32,000 nt of DNA from Candidatus Saccharimonadota bacterium (GCF_025273655.1 NZ_CP045921.1:900001-932000); one strand, 5' to 3'. Shown: positions 24,082 through 32,000, numbered from the stretch's first letter. Notes: a model not told the origin generated them from the sequence alone. Program-made: numbers and translations.

Positions 24082-24768
24082 ATGTCGATTAAACTTGGTA
24101 CAAATGATATCTCGCAGGTCTCCCCAGGCTCAATTCGTCTCGGGGCAAGCTCCTTAGACCGGGTATACAACGGAACAAAGCTTGTGTGGGAGCGAGGCAC
24201 ACAGACAATCGACACACTTGATTCGCTTGGATCTTTCACCCAGACATCAACCGGCAGTGGAATTGGCGCGTCTGGCGGCGAGGCGCTTTGGAATGGCACA
24301 ACCGATGGTACAGCCACTGCCCTGTACAACACTTCAGCTTTAACAAACAATCAATATGTAGCCGGAATCGCAGGGAGCTACATGAACGCTAGCCGCGCAT
24401 CGGGACTAATTTTCCACTGTGATGCCTCCTTAACGAGTTGGTATGGAGTATTATTCGAAAGTGACCGTATAGCATTGGTTTCAAATACCGGTCGCTGGTT
24501 GCAAAACATAGGTGGCTCTCAGGATGTGAGTTATGCCGAGTGGAGTGGCACCGTCTCAAGTGGCGATACGCTCTCGGCATGGAATATAGGCGAAAATTTT
24601 TATGTTGCCCAAAACGGGACTATTCGTATATCAACAACAATTAGTGGAGCAAATATAGGCGCCACTAAACGTCGCCAAGGCATTGGCCTATACCGCACGT
24701 CATTTGCATCATCATGTCGTATATCTCAGTGGTGGGGTGGCGACGCGGGTGCGTGGGGTAAAATCTAA
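24082..24768 (+). CDS. Jelly-roll (ConA/LamG-like) fibre-associated protein, paralog of 30039-30632
   Basis: SD AGGAG 6 nt upstream. Shares TNQY..., G(L/I)I(F/L)HCD.S, SGD....WNIG(E)NF..A(Q/V)NGT, QGIGLYR.SF and W(W/R)GGDAGA(W/Y)GK(I/L) with the 30039 product. Confidence 0.75.
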   Translation: MSIKLGTNDISQVSPGSIRLGASSLDRVYNGTKLVWERGTQTIDTLDSLGSFTQTSTGSGIGASGGEALWNGTTDGTATALYNTSALTNNQYVAGIAGSYMNASRASGLIFHCDASLTSWYGVLFESDRIALVSNTGRWLQNIGGSQDVSYAEWSGTVSSGDTLSAWNIGENFYVAQNGTIRISTTISGANIGATKRRQGIGLYRTSFASSCRISQWWGGDAGAWGKI

Positions 24769-24943
24769 GCCCATAGGCTCTCAGATACCCTCAAGCCTAC
24801 CTATTTTTCGCAATAGAGCTTATACTATAAGAGCCTATGCTACAGTACAGCAGAGCAAATACCACTAGTGTAGTGGCAATCTTTGCCCGTGTCATCATAT
24901 ATGGGGGTGTATTACGTAGTATCTTCAGAGGAGAATTCTCCTA

Positions 24944-26209
24944 GTGGCCGATCAACGCCTACCGATTGTCAATAGTGACGATGGCACTTGGGGTGACATC
25001 CTGCGGCAATATCTGCAAAAAGAACACTACGATAGTGGTACAAATAGTTCAGAAAACGGTGGCCACAAAAACGTCACAATCCGTGGCGGCACAGCCGGCA
25101 CAGGTGGCGCACCACTCAAATTCACTTCTGGCACTCTACTCACAACGCCCGAAATCGGAGCGATGGAGTTCGCCGGCGATAATCTCTATCTTACACAGAC
25201 GTCAAGCACAACTCGCAAAAAAGTTGCCCTATACAACGATGCCAGTGGTGCAACAGGCGACACATACTACCGCGACGCCAGCGGTTATTTCACTCGTCTG
25301 GGAATCGGCAGCAGTAGCCAAGTATTGACTGTGTCGGGCGGGTTGCCGACATGGCAAACACCAGGCACTGCCAGCACCTTTAGTGATAGTACGTTTACTC
25401 TGCAAGACAATGGCGACACGACCAAACAGGCCAGGTTTGAACTTTCAGGTATTAGCGCATCAAACACACGCACTATCACTCTGCCAGACGCCGACCTGAC
25501 TCTGGTAGGTACCACTACGTCTCAGACACTTATTAATAAACGTATCAACCCGCGCGTTGTCACTGTCACCCAAAGTGCCACGCCGGTCATCAACACCGAC
25601 AACGGCGACGTATTTATCGTCACTGGACTTGCCCAAGCCATCACTAGTATGACATCCGGGCTGACAGGTACACCTGTCGACGGGCAACGTATACGCATCT
25701 CTATTACTGGTACAGCCGCGCGCGCCATTACCTGGGGTACGTCATTTGAAGCCTCAACCAAACCACTGCCAACCACTACAGTCAGCACCAACCGCCTAGA
25801 TACCGACTTTATCTGGAACGCCGCTACTAGCAAATGGCGTGTGGCCGACGAAATACCCGCGACAGTATTGACAAGCAGCGCTGCAGTTACAGTAGCACAA
25901 GGTGGTACAGGGCGAACAACCTCGACAACCGCCTACGGAATTATCGCGGCCGGCACTACTGCAACAGGTGCACACCAGACGATTGCACCTGGTACATCGG
26001 GACAGTTTCTCAAATCTGCCGGTACATCGGCACTAGGTGCTTTCGCCAGTATCACTGCCGCCGATATCACCGGTACAACTGCACAGTTCAATACAGCATT
26101 GAGCGACGGTGACTTCGCCACGCTAGCGGGCAGCGAAACACTAAACAAACAAAACGCTTACCACTCCGCGGCTCACTTCAGGCGGCTCTATAGCCGACAA
26201 CAACGGTAA
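24944..26209 (+). CDS. Phage-tail-fibre-like modular protein 2, upstream fragment (frame interrupted near 26141-26146)
   Basis: GTG start. The first ~200 aa are collinear with fibre 1 and mostly identical by eye. After ...AGSETL the frame decays into NKQNAYHSAAHFRRLYSRQQR-stop, while the homologous sequence continues in another frame. Confidence 0.8.
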   Translation: MADQRLPIVNSDDGTWGDILRQYLQKEHYDSGTNSSENGGHKNVTIRGGTAGTGGAPLKFTSGTLLTTPEIGAMEFAGDNLYLTQTSSTTRKKVALYNDASGATGDTYYRDASGYFTRLGIGSSSQVLTVSGGLPTWQTPGTASTFSDSTFTLQDNGDTTKQARFELSGISASNTRTITLPDADLTLVGTTTSQTLINKRINPRVVTVTQSATPVINTDNGDVFIVTGLAQAITSMTSGLTGTPVDGQRIRISITGTAARAITWGTSFEASTKPLPTTTVSTNRLDTDFIWNAATSKWRVADEIPATVLTSSAAVTVAQGGTGRTTSTTAYGIIAAGTTATGAHQTIAPGTSGQFLKSAGTSALGAFASITAADITGTTAQFNTALSDGDFATLAGSETLNKQNAYHSAAHFRRLYSRQQR

Positions 26210-27476
26210 CGAGCAGATCGTTTTTACTACCACTACATCTGCAGTAAACGAAATCGGTATCACAAATGCCGCCACAGGGACAGCTCCGCAAATCGCCGCG
26301 CGAGGTGACGACACGAATATTGACTTGAATCTAGTATCAAAAGGTACTGGAACCGTAAAAATCAATGGCAACACCGCCGCTACAGATGCAAGCGTTGTCA
26401 AACTAATGGGAATCGTAACCAAAAGTGATTATAGCGGTACTGGCGGCACGATATATTTCAAAATAGCCACCCTGCCCATTGACGACAACGGCAATTACGC
26501 AACACTCAAACTGACTGGACGCCTCGGTGGTTGGGTTGGCGTAGAGAGCGTGGCAGACTGGAACATCACCCTCAATAACCGCTCTAGTAGCCTCAACGGT
26601 ACGACAATTACCGCCACCGTCTTTAGTCAGGGGCACGTCACACAGGCGCTCACTAAGATGGATATCGTTGTATACGGCCAGACCGACAAAAGTGCTATTG
26701 TCTACTTTGCGATTCCTAACGACAGCTACTATACCTATGACATGAGGGTCAGCGCGTTTCAGGCTACGATTGACCATACCGGTACCACTACTACACCTAC
26801 GGGTAGCCAGATCTGGCAGTTATCGGCCGACCCTCAGGTTCTTGCACAAGATGGTGCGCTCGTTATCGCAAACAGGGATAGTACTCCCTGGAGTAATGCG
26901 TCATTTCTAGCATTGAGCGCAGGAAATGCGACAGGATTGAAGATTTCTTCCCAGTTCAACGAGGCTCTTGCTCCAATTGGTCATATTGAATTTACAAATG
27001 GTACGGGTACTGGTACTCATGACTTGATGCTATTTAGCACCTCGACTATTAGCATGCAGTCCCATCGCCTCATCAACGTCACAAATCCAACCGACGCCCA
27101 AGACGCCGCTACAAAAGCTTATGTAGATAGCGCTGTAAGTGGCAGCGGTCTGGCATGGACAGAAGTCACTGGCACCAGCCAAACCGCAGCTACTGGGATG
27201 GGCTATATCGCCAGCAATGCTACACTCGTCACCATTACCTTGCCCTCCAGCGCCGCCGTCGGTAAATCTGTACGAATCACAGGCAAAGGTGCAGGCGGTT
27301 GGCGTATCGCGCAAAACGCCAGTCAGGTAATTCACTTTGGCAACACGGATACGACTACCGGCACCGGTGGGCGCCTCGATAGCACCAATCGCTACGATAG
27401 TGTGGAATTAATCTGCATCACCGCCAACACAGACTGGGTGGTCGCCAGTTCAGTGGGAAATATCAACGTCACATAG
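26145..27476 (+). CDS. Phage-tail-fibre-like modular protein 2, downstream fragment (no credible start of its own)
   Basis: The frame is open from 26145 and reads TNKTLTTPRLTSGGSIADNNGNEQIVFTTTTSAVNEIGITNAATGTAPQIAARGDDTNIDLNLVSKGTG. This is the same module as in fibre 1. Later comes INVTNPTDAQDAATKAYVD, a common fibre motif. The first start codon in this frame is the TTG at 26325, inside the module. Confidence 0.75.
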   Translation, partial: TNKTLTTPRLTSGGSIADNNGNEQIVFTTTTSAVNEIGITNAATGTAPQIAARGDDTNIDLNLVSKGTGTVKINGNTAATDASVVKLMGIVTKSDYSGTGGTIYFKIATLPIDDNGNYATLKLTGRLGGWVGVESVADWNITLNNRSSSLNGTTITATVFSQGHVTQALTKMDIVVYGQTDKSAIVYFAIPNDSYYTYDMRVSAFQATIDHTGTTTTPTGSQIWQLSADPQVLAQDGALVIANRDSTPWSNASFLALSAGNATGLKISSQFNEALAPIGHIEFTNGTGTGTHDLMLFSTSTISMQSHRLINVTNPTDAQDAATKAYVDSAVSGSGLAWTEVTGTSQTAATGMGYIASNATLVTITLPSSAAVGKSVRITGKGAGGWRIAQNASQVIHFGNTDTTTGTGGRLDSTNRYDSVELICITANTDWVVASSVGNINVT

Positions 27477-27489
27477 GTCTATAGATAGC

Positions 27490-28242
27490 ATGGCACTCAC
27501 ATACTCTCTTGTCTATAATGGCGCCGAAAGCTCGACCACACTCGGCCGTCACACCTATGATGCAAATTTCGGCACCATCAGTACAGGCACGCTACTAGTA
27601 ATGTGCGTGACCGCAACCAAAAGCCCCAGCGGAGCATCAAATATACTTTCTATTGCCCAACAATCCGGCACCGCAACAATTTCATCTGTGACAACTATCG
27701 ATAATACAACAGCAAGTTCGACAGATCAGGCTGCACTCAGCATATTCTACGCGACGGTGACGGGCGGCGGAACTTTGACGATGCGTGCGTCCGATAACAT
27801 GAATACATACGGCCTCGGTGTCATAGCTATCGGTTTCACCGGCTATGATACATCCACCCCCATACTAGGAGTCGTCAAGAACAACGCGCTAAGTATCGAT
27901 GGTGCTGCGAGCCTAACACTCAGTGCTACACCGACCGTCAACGATTACGTAGTCGGGTTTGTCAACTCAGACACTGACACCGGTAGTGGCAAAGGTGTTG
28001 ACCCTGGCTCCGGATTTACAGAAGTGGCAGAAGTGGGTGGCGCTAGCGACTATATCATGACCGAGGCTCAGGTGCGCACCGGCAGCACCTCAACAAACGT
28101 GCCATGGGCAGACGTACGGACATCTGGCGCTCCAGCAACCTATACAACTATAGGTGGTGCATTTATAGTTAAGGCTACCCCACCAGTCAGTACTATTACC
28201 GCCATCTCAACAGTCTCAGGAATTTCATCAATCACATTATAA
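27490..28242 (+). CDS. Hypothetical beta-rich protein within the fibre array
   Basis: 250-aa ORF, co-oriented, 13 nt after the fibre 2 stop. S/T/G-rich with no recognisable motif and no obvious SD. Confidence 0.6.
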   Translation: MALTYSLVYNGAESSTTLGRHTYDANFGTISTGTLLVMCVTATKSPSGASNILSIAQQSGTATISSVTTIDNTTASSTDQAALSIFYATVTGGGTLTMRASDNMNTYGLGVIAIGFTGYDTSTPILGVVKNNALSIDGAASLTLSATPTVNDYVVGFVNSDTDTGSGKGVDPGSGFTEVAEVGGASDYIMTEAQVRTGSTSTNVPWADVRTSGAPATYTTIGGAFIVKATPPVSTITAISTVSGISSITL

Positions 28243-28255
28243 TGAGGATATAAGC

Positions 28256-29437
28256 ATGGCAACGCAAAACGCAGCAAATCAGAAATTCACCAACAATGCC
28301 GATGGATTTGCACTTGGCGGTGGAACGACACAGCGTGACCTCACTATGAATGGCTCTAACGCTACAATTACCGGCAGCGGAAGCAATGTCCATACCTTCC
28401 CCACTGGCAGTGATACCCTCGTAGGTAGAACAAGTGTCGATACACTCGTGAGTAAGACTCTGACGAATCCAACCATCAGTAATTTTACAGAGGGAGTGGT
28501 GGTGATAGGCACCGTCAGTACGGCAGTTACGCTCAACCTCACAAATGGCACCATACAGATAGCAACACTAACCGCATCGACGGCCTGTACATTCACTATG
28601 CCAACTGCGACAGCAGGCAAATCTTTTACGCTGATGCTCAAACAAGCTGATAGCACGGGAGGCGGCACGGCAACTTTTGCGGGGGTCAAATGGAGTGCGA
28701 CGGGTGCACCCACTATGACGTCATCTCCAGGCTATATGGATATCTTGCATTTCATCGCGGATGGTGCCAACTGGTACGGCTCATATACACAAGGTATTTA
28801 TGCTCGCTCTTACCTACGTTCAATCGGCACACAAGAATACGCCAATACATTTCAAACCGGCACTAGCGGGCGTGATCTTACATCTGATGGGTGGGTAGAC
28901 CACAGCTATTCAACAGGCACATATCTCGTGTCGAGCTACAATAGTACTCAGATACGACTTATCCCGTCTGGCGTCGGCACCTACCGTTCGTATAACTGCT
29001 ACTACTACAACACAGCTATGAGTAATGCCAGCGTCTGGGGCCGCGTGAAGCTCTACCGCGTACCCCAGTCCGCTGATACAAATGGCGGCGGTGGGATTGT
29101 ACTTAGGCACAATGGGACGTCTGGCATCTTTTGCAAAGTCATGACAAGCGGCAACTGGCGTATTTACACTGGCACATCCAACTCCACCACCTCGACAGAC
29201 GCAAATATCCTGACCTCCGGTACTCTACCAGCTACACTCATGGCCGGTGACGAGCTGACTGCGCTAGTGACAAGCGGCAACGTCGTCTATTTCTACCTCA
29301 ACTCGACCCTACTCGGAAGTGCTTCGACGGCATTCAACAGCTCTTCTCAGTATGTGGGCGTACTCATCTCGCAAAATGATGCTGCCGAGCTCTACGACTT
29401 CAGGTGCGGCAATATGGCATCTGACAGTCCTCCGTAG
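28256..29437 (+). CDS. Fibre-like protein, fused form (N-terminal module shared with 29482 plus a C-terminal jelly-roll-like module)
   Basis: The N-terminal ~180 aa are collinear with the 29482 product (NQKF.NNADGF.LGGGTTQR.LT..G.N.T.TGSGSN..TFP...DTLVGR...ANWYGSY). The C-terminal ~210 aa show the GGGIVLRH...SGNW...GDELTA..SGNV.Y.YLN...FRCGN pattern, similar to the 30039 and 24082 products. Confidence 0.75.
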   Translation: MATQNAANQKFTNNADGFALGGGTTQRDLTMNGSNATITGSGSNVHTFPTGSDTLVGRTSVDTLVSKTLTNPTISNFTEGVVVIGTVSTAVTLNLTNGTIQIATLTASTACTFTMPTATAGKSFTLMLKQADSTGGGTATFAGVKWSATGAPTMTSSPGYMDILHFIADGANWYGSYTQGIYARSYLRSIGTQEYANTFQTGTSGRDLTSDGWVDHSYSTGTYLVSSYNSTQIRLIPSGVGTYRSYNCYYYNTAMSNASVWGRVKLYRVPQSADTNGGGGIVLRHNGTSGIFCKVMTSGNWRIYTGTSNSTTSTDANILTSGTLPATLMAGDELTALVTSGNVVYFYLNSTLLGSASTAFNSSSQYVGVLISQNDAAELYDFRCGNMASDSPP

Positions 29438-29481
29438 ATACTACAAGAAATCAATATTTATCAATTCACGCTATAATAAGA

Positions 29482-30039
29482 ATGACTATGCCTGTCCAAA
29501 ATTCATCTAATCAGAAATTCATTAACAATGCCGACGGCTTCACCCTTGGTGGCGGGACGACTCAGCGCAACCTGACACTCAGCGGCGCAAATGTCACACT
29601 GACAGGCAGCGGAAGCAACACCTATACGTTCCCCGCAAATACCGATACACTTGTCGGACGCAGCAGCACCGATACACTTACCAACAAAACGCTCGCTAAC
29701 CCATCCATAAATAACTATACCGAAGGTGTCGTGACGATTGGTACCGTAACAACCACGTCAACAATTAGTCTGACGAGCGGTACAGTGCAGACCGCCACGC
29801 TCACCGCCTCTACGGCATGTGTATTCACTATGCCCGCTGTGGCAGCAGGGAAATCATTTACACTACTACTCAAGCAGGCGACGAGTACCGGCAATGGATC
29901 AGCCACATTCACTGGCGTGCGATGGAATTCCCTCGGGGCCCCTACTATCACGGCTACGGCTGGCAAAATGGATATTCTCAGTTTTTACTCTGATGGTGCA
30001 AACTGGTACGGCTCTTACATACAGGGATATACACCATAA
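29482..30039 (+). CDS. Fibre-like protein, split form, N-terminal module only
   Basis: 185 aa, paralog of the N-terminus of the 28256 product. Its stop overlaps the next start as TAATG. The start could instead be the ATG at 29488. Confidence 0.75.
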   Translation: MTMPVQNSSNQKFINNADGFTLGGGTTQRNLTLSGANVTLTGSGSNTYTFPANTDTLVGRSSTDTLTNKTLANPSINNYTEGVVTIGTVTTTSTISLTSGTVQTATLTASTACVFTMPAVAAGKSFTLLLKQATSTGNGSATFTGVRWNSLGAPTITATAGKMDILSFYSDGANWYGSYIQGYTP

Positions 30040-30632
30040 TGTTCATGCCGCACACCGCCAGCATGACAGTTATCGACCCGCTCAAATTCAACGATACACT
30101 CGACAGTCTCAGCAACTTTACAGCCACAAGCTCTGGGTCGGGGGTCAATATTAGCAGTAGCATCTTGCAATGGGCGGGCACAACCGACGGTCAGGCAATC
30201 ATAAAGTACAATTCACAGCCGCGCACCACCAATCAATATGGTGCCGCCATCACTAGCACTATGACTGGAAATGGCTCGGGCATTATCTTACACTGCGACT
30301 CAAGCAACACCGGCTATTACGGTGCGGTGTTCTATAACAGCACAATCAAACTCGTGCGCACATCCGGGCGTTGGACACAGAACACTATCACGCAACTTGC
30401 CACCTATAGCATTACAATAAATAGTGGTGATCTAATCGAATTCTGGAACATTGGCAATGTATTCAATATTGCAGTCAATGGCACAACCTACATTAGTCAG
30501 TCCATCAGCAGCCCTGTTATAGGGCCGCTAAATATGTTTCAAGGTATAGGGCTTTACCGTTTGTCGTTCACCAACTCTACCTCTATTACTGAGTGGCGTG
30601 GTGGTGACGCAGGTGCTTACGGCAAGCTCTAA
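30039..30632 (+). CDS. Jelly-roll (ConA/LamG-like) fibre-associated protein, paralog of 24082-24768
   Basis: 197 aa, translationally coupled to 29482-30039. Motifs shared with the 24082 product are listed under that feature. Confidence 0.75.
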   Translation: MFMPHTASMTVIDPLKFNDTLDSLSNFTATSSGSGVNISSSILQWAGTTDGQAIIKYNSQPRTTNQYGAAITSTMTGNGSGIILHCDSSNTGYYGAVFYNSTIKLVRTSGRWTQNTITQLATYSITINSGDLIEFWNIGNVFNIAVNGTTYISQSISSPVIGPLNMFQGIGLYRLSFTNSTSITEWRGGDAGAYGKL

Positions 30633-30704
30633 ATGTTGAGCATTTGCAAAACCAGCTGACTCTGCTATGATGAGTAGCATAAGCGTAAAAAACAGAAATA
30701 TATA

Positions 30705-32000
30705 ATGAACAAAAAACTATCTTTTACACAATTATTTTCTCGCACTTCTCTCATCACCTACATCGTCTCCTTCGTATTTATTTCGTCAGTCATAGCAATC
30801 GCACTAGGCAACCAAGCACATGCGGCTGCTGGGGCAGCGTGCAGTTACTCGGCAGACGGCAAGACATACTCTGGCACGACCGTCGAGACAGATGGTGTCA
30901 GCTTTTGTAACGCCACAACATCCGTACTCAATGCCGCAATTGCCGCCACAGCTGCTGCGGGCGGCACCACGTCGACTGCATCAACTACCTGTAAACGCAA
31001 TGCCTCAACAGGCACAGATCTCAATTCTTACATAGATAACTGTGGTGGAAATCAAGAAATTCGTGTCACAAAAACCACAGCCAAACAAGACAAGGGCGCC
31101 AAACCACCCGCTATCATCTTTGTACACGGTGGCGGTTGGTTCAGTGATGACGGCAATTTCAATCCATCGTTTCAAAAACGAGCCGCCAAATGGGGCTTCA
31201 CTTCATTCCGCATTAAATATCGGCTGATGCCGGGCGGTGTCGATGAGCAGCTGCAAGATGTGCTACGCGCCGTCAAACACGTGCGCGACAATGCCGACAA
31301 GTATGGAATCGACAAAAACCGCATCGCTATCTGGGGCGACTCAGCCGGGGGCAGTCTAGCTGTACGCGCTGCCGCAACTGGTAGGTCTGGCGTCAAGGCG
31401 GCTATCGGCTGGTCTGCGCCAACCAATGCATTCCGCGACATCTTCAATTCGTACGATGGTTGGGTAGCCGGCCTATACCACTCGCGCTGCTTCGGCAGCG
31501 AAATCCCTGCCTCCGTTAACGACATCATCAATGCGTTTGTGTCGGGTGACCCGACAGCCCTGGCCCAGAAAGTCGCCTCCGGCCAAGTATTAACACCGGC
31601 AGAAAGTGCCAGACTCCTCAATCTTGCGCTCAATATCGCCCATGTTGGCCTGGTAGATCTACCTACCGCAGCCGGCAAACTCCAGACAGCGTCCAATTCG
31701 CTTGGCTACACTACCACAAGTACCACAGACACCTCGGCTCCTTCCCTCTCGAACGACCAGATCAAATCACAACTTTCAGAGCTTACACCAACCGAACTTG
31801 CCGCTATCGGTGTCGCACTCTATCAGTTCAGTCGCACCGCGCAGGGTATCCCCAACGATGACCCTACAACAACTGATACTGTGAGCATTATCACGTCATC
31901 TGCCAACTTGCTCACACAACTCCAGAAAGAGTCACAACAAGAGAAGGCTGCCAGTGGAACCCAGAGCACAACGAATTCGACCACTTCATCAACAGCCAAT
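30705..32000 (+). CDS. Secreted alpha/beta hydrolase (esterase/lipase, HGGG + GDSAG type), continues beyond right edge
   Basis: Absent from the ORF track because it has no stop in the window. My translation from the ATG at 30705 gives a signal peptide (...ALGNQAHAAA), a Cys-containing segment, FVHGGGW (oxyanion hole), IWGDSAGGSLA (nucleophile elbow), then an S/T/Q-rich tail. The frame is open to base 32000. Confidence 0.75.
   Translation, partial: MNKKLSFTQLFSRTSLITYIVSFVFISSVIAIALGNQAHAAAGAACSYSADGKTYSGTTVETDGVSFCNATTSVLNAAIAATAAAGGTTSTASTTCKRNASTGTDLNSYIDNCGGNQEIRVTKTTAKQDKGAKPPAIIFVHGGGWFSDDGNFNPSFQKRAAKWGFTSFRIKYRLMPGGVDEQLQDVLRAVKHVRDNADKYGIDKNRIAIWGDSAGGSLAVRAAATGRSGVKAAIGWSAPTNAFRDIFNSYDGWVAGLYHSRCFGSEIPASVNDIINAFVSGDPTALAQKVASGQVLTPAESARLLNLALNIAHVGLVDLPTAAGKLQTASNSLGYTTTSTTDTSAPSLSNDQIKSQLSELTPTELAAIGVALYQFSRTAQGIPNDDPTTTDTVSIITSSANLLTQLQKESQQEKAASGTQSTTNSTTSSTAN

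Noticed and set aside
26141-26147. Programmed ribosomal frameshift in fibre gene 2
   Set aside because: There is no slippery heptamer, stimulatory SD or obvious downstream pseudoknot. The A-run is only three bases. An indel (real or an assembly artefact) is the simpler reading. It is kept as a finding but not called as recoding.
21942-27476. Diversity-generating retroelement (template/variable repeat) as the explanation for the repeated fibre segments
   Set aside because: Differences between the repeated nucleotide segments (e.g. 22540-22760 versus 26160-26370) affect all four bases, not specifically adenines. No reverse transcriptase gene is in the window. Ordinary paralog divergence fits better.
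31172-31696. 174-aa minus-strand ORF
   Set aside because: It lies antisense to the open-ended alpha/beta hydrolase gene, which carries clear HGGG and GDSAG motifs. Its A/R/S-rich composition is typical of a shadow ORF.
1-32000. CRISPR arrays, rRNA genes, transposases or IS elements, and alternative genetic code (UGA recoding)
   Set aside because: I saw no short direct-repeat/spacer periodicity, no rRNA-like segments, and no transposase or integrase motifs. Conserved genes are full length under the standard code, and TGA appears as a stop (e.g. GNAT at 7200-7202).

Overview
The window is gene-dense and reads correctly with the standard genetic code: long conserved genes such as dnaK, dnaJ and rimK are intact, so there is no sign of UGA recoding. 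It splits into three blocks.

(1) 1-8.5 kb. A partial ComEC-like gene and tRNA-Lys(UUU) are followed by an amidoligase island. The island holds four ATP-grasp ligases (RimK, a second RimK-like enzyme, a cyanophycin-synthetase-N-domain-like enzyme and an L-amino-acid-ligase-like enzyme). It also holds a RimB/DUF785-type protease, a GNAT acetyltransferase and a DUF1704/MATCAP-like metallopeptidase. A second DUF1704 paralog lies at 15.6 kb.

(2) 8.5-20 kb. This block has a very large polytopic membrane protein (possibly VirB6/TrbL-like) and the heat-shock genes dnaJ and dnaK. The two chaperone genes are unlinked and each sits behind CIRCE operators. The block also has a FAD-linked oxidase, an HD-domain (p)ppGpp-hydrolase-like protein and a GlsB/YeaQ stress protein.

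(3) 20-32 kb. This is a cell-surface island. It starts with a DUF916/WxL-like surface protein pair and a small ORF followed by nested inverted repeats. It continues with about 8.7 kb of co-oriented, paralogous, modular phage-tail-fibre-like genes, one of them broken by a single-base frameshift. It ends with a secreted alpha/beta hydrolase that runs off the right edge.

The fibre-like array, which has no virion genes in view, and the ATP-grasp/MATCAP-like island are the two candidates for under-described systems. Many genes appear leaderless, with a TATACT/TATAAT box 6-9 nt before the ATG and no Shine-Dalgarno (SD) sequence. The stress and fibre genes do use clear SD sites.

The compact layout, the CIRCE operators and the fibre-like adhesin candidates would fit a small-genome Gram-positive-like or CPR/Saccharibacteria-type organism. 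That taxonomic guess is inference only. No CRISPR array, rRNA, transposase or integrase was seen.
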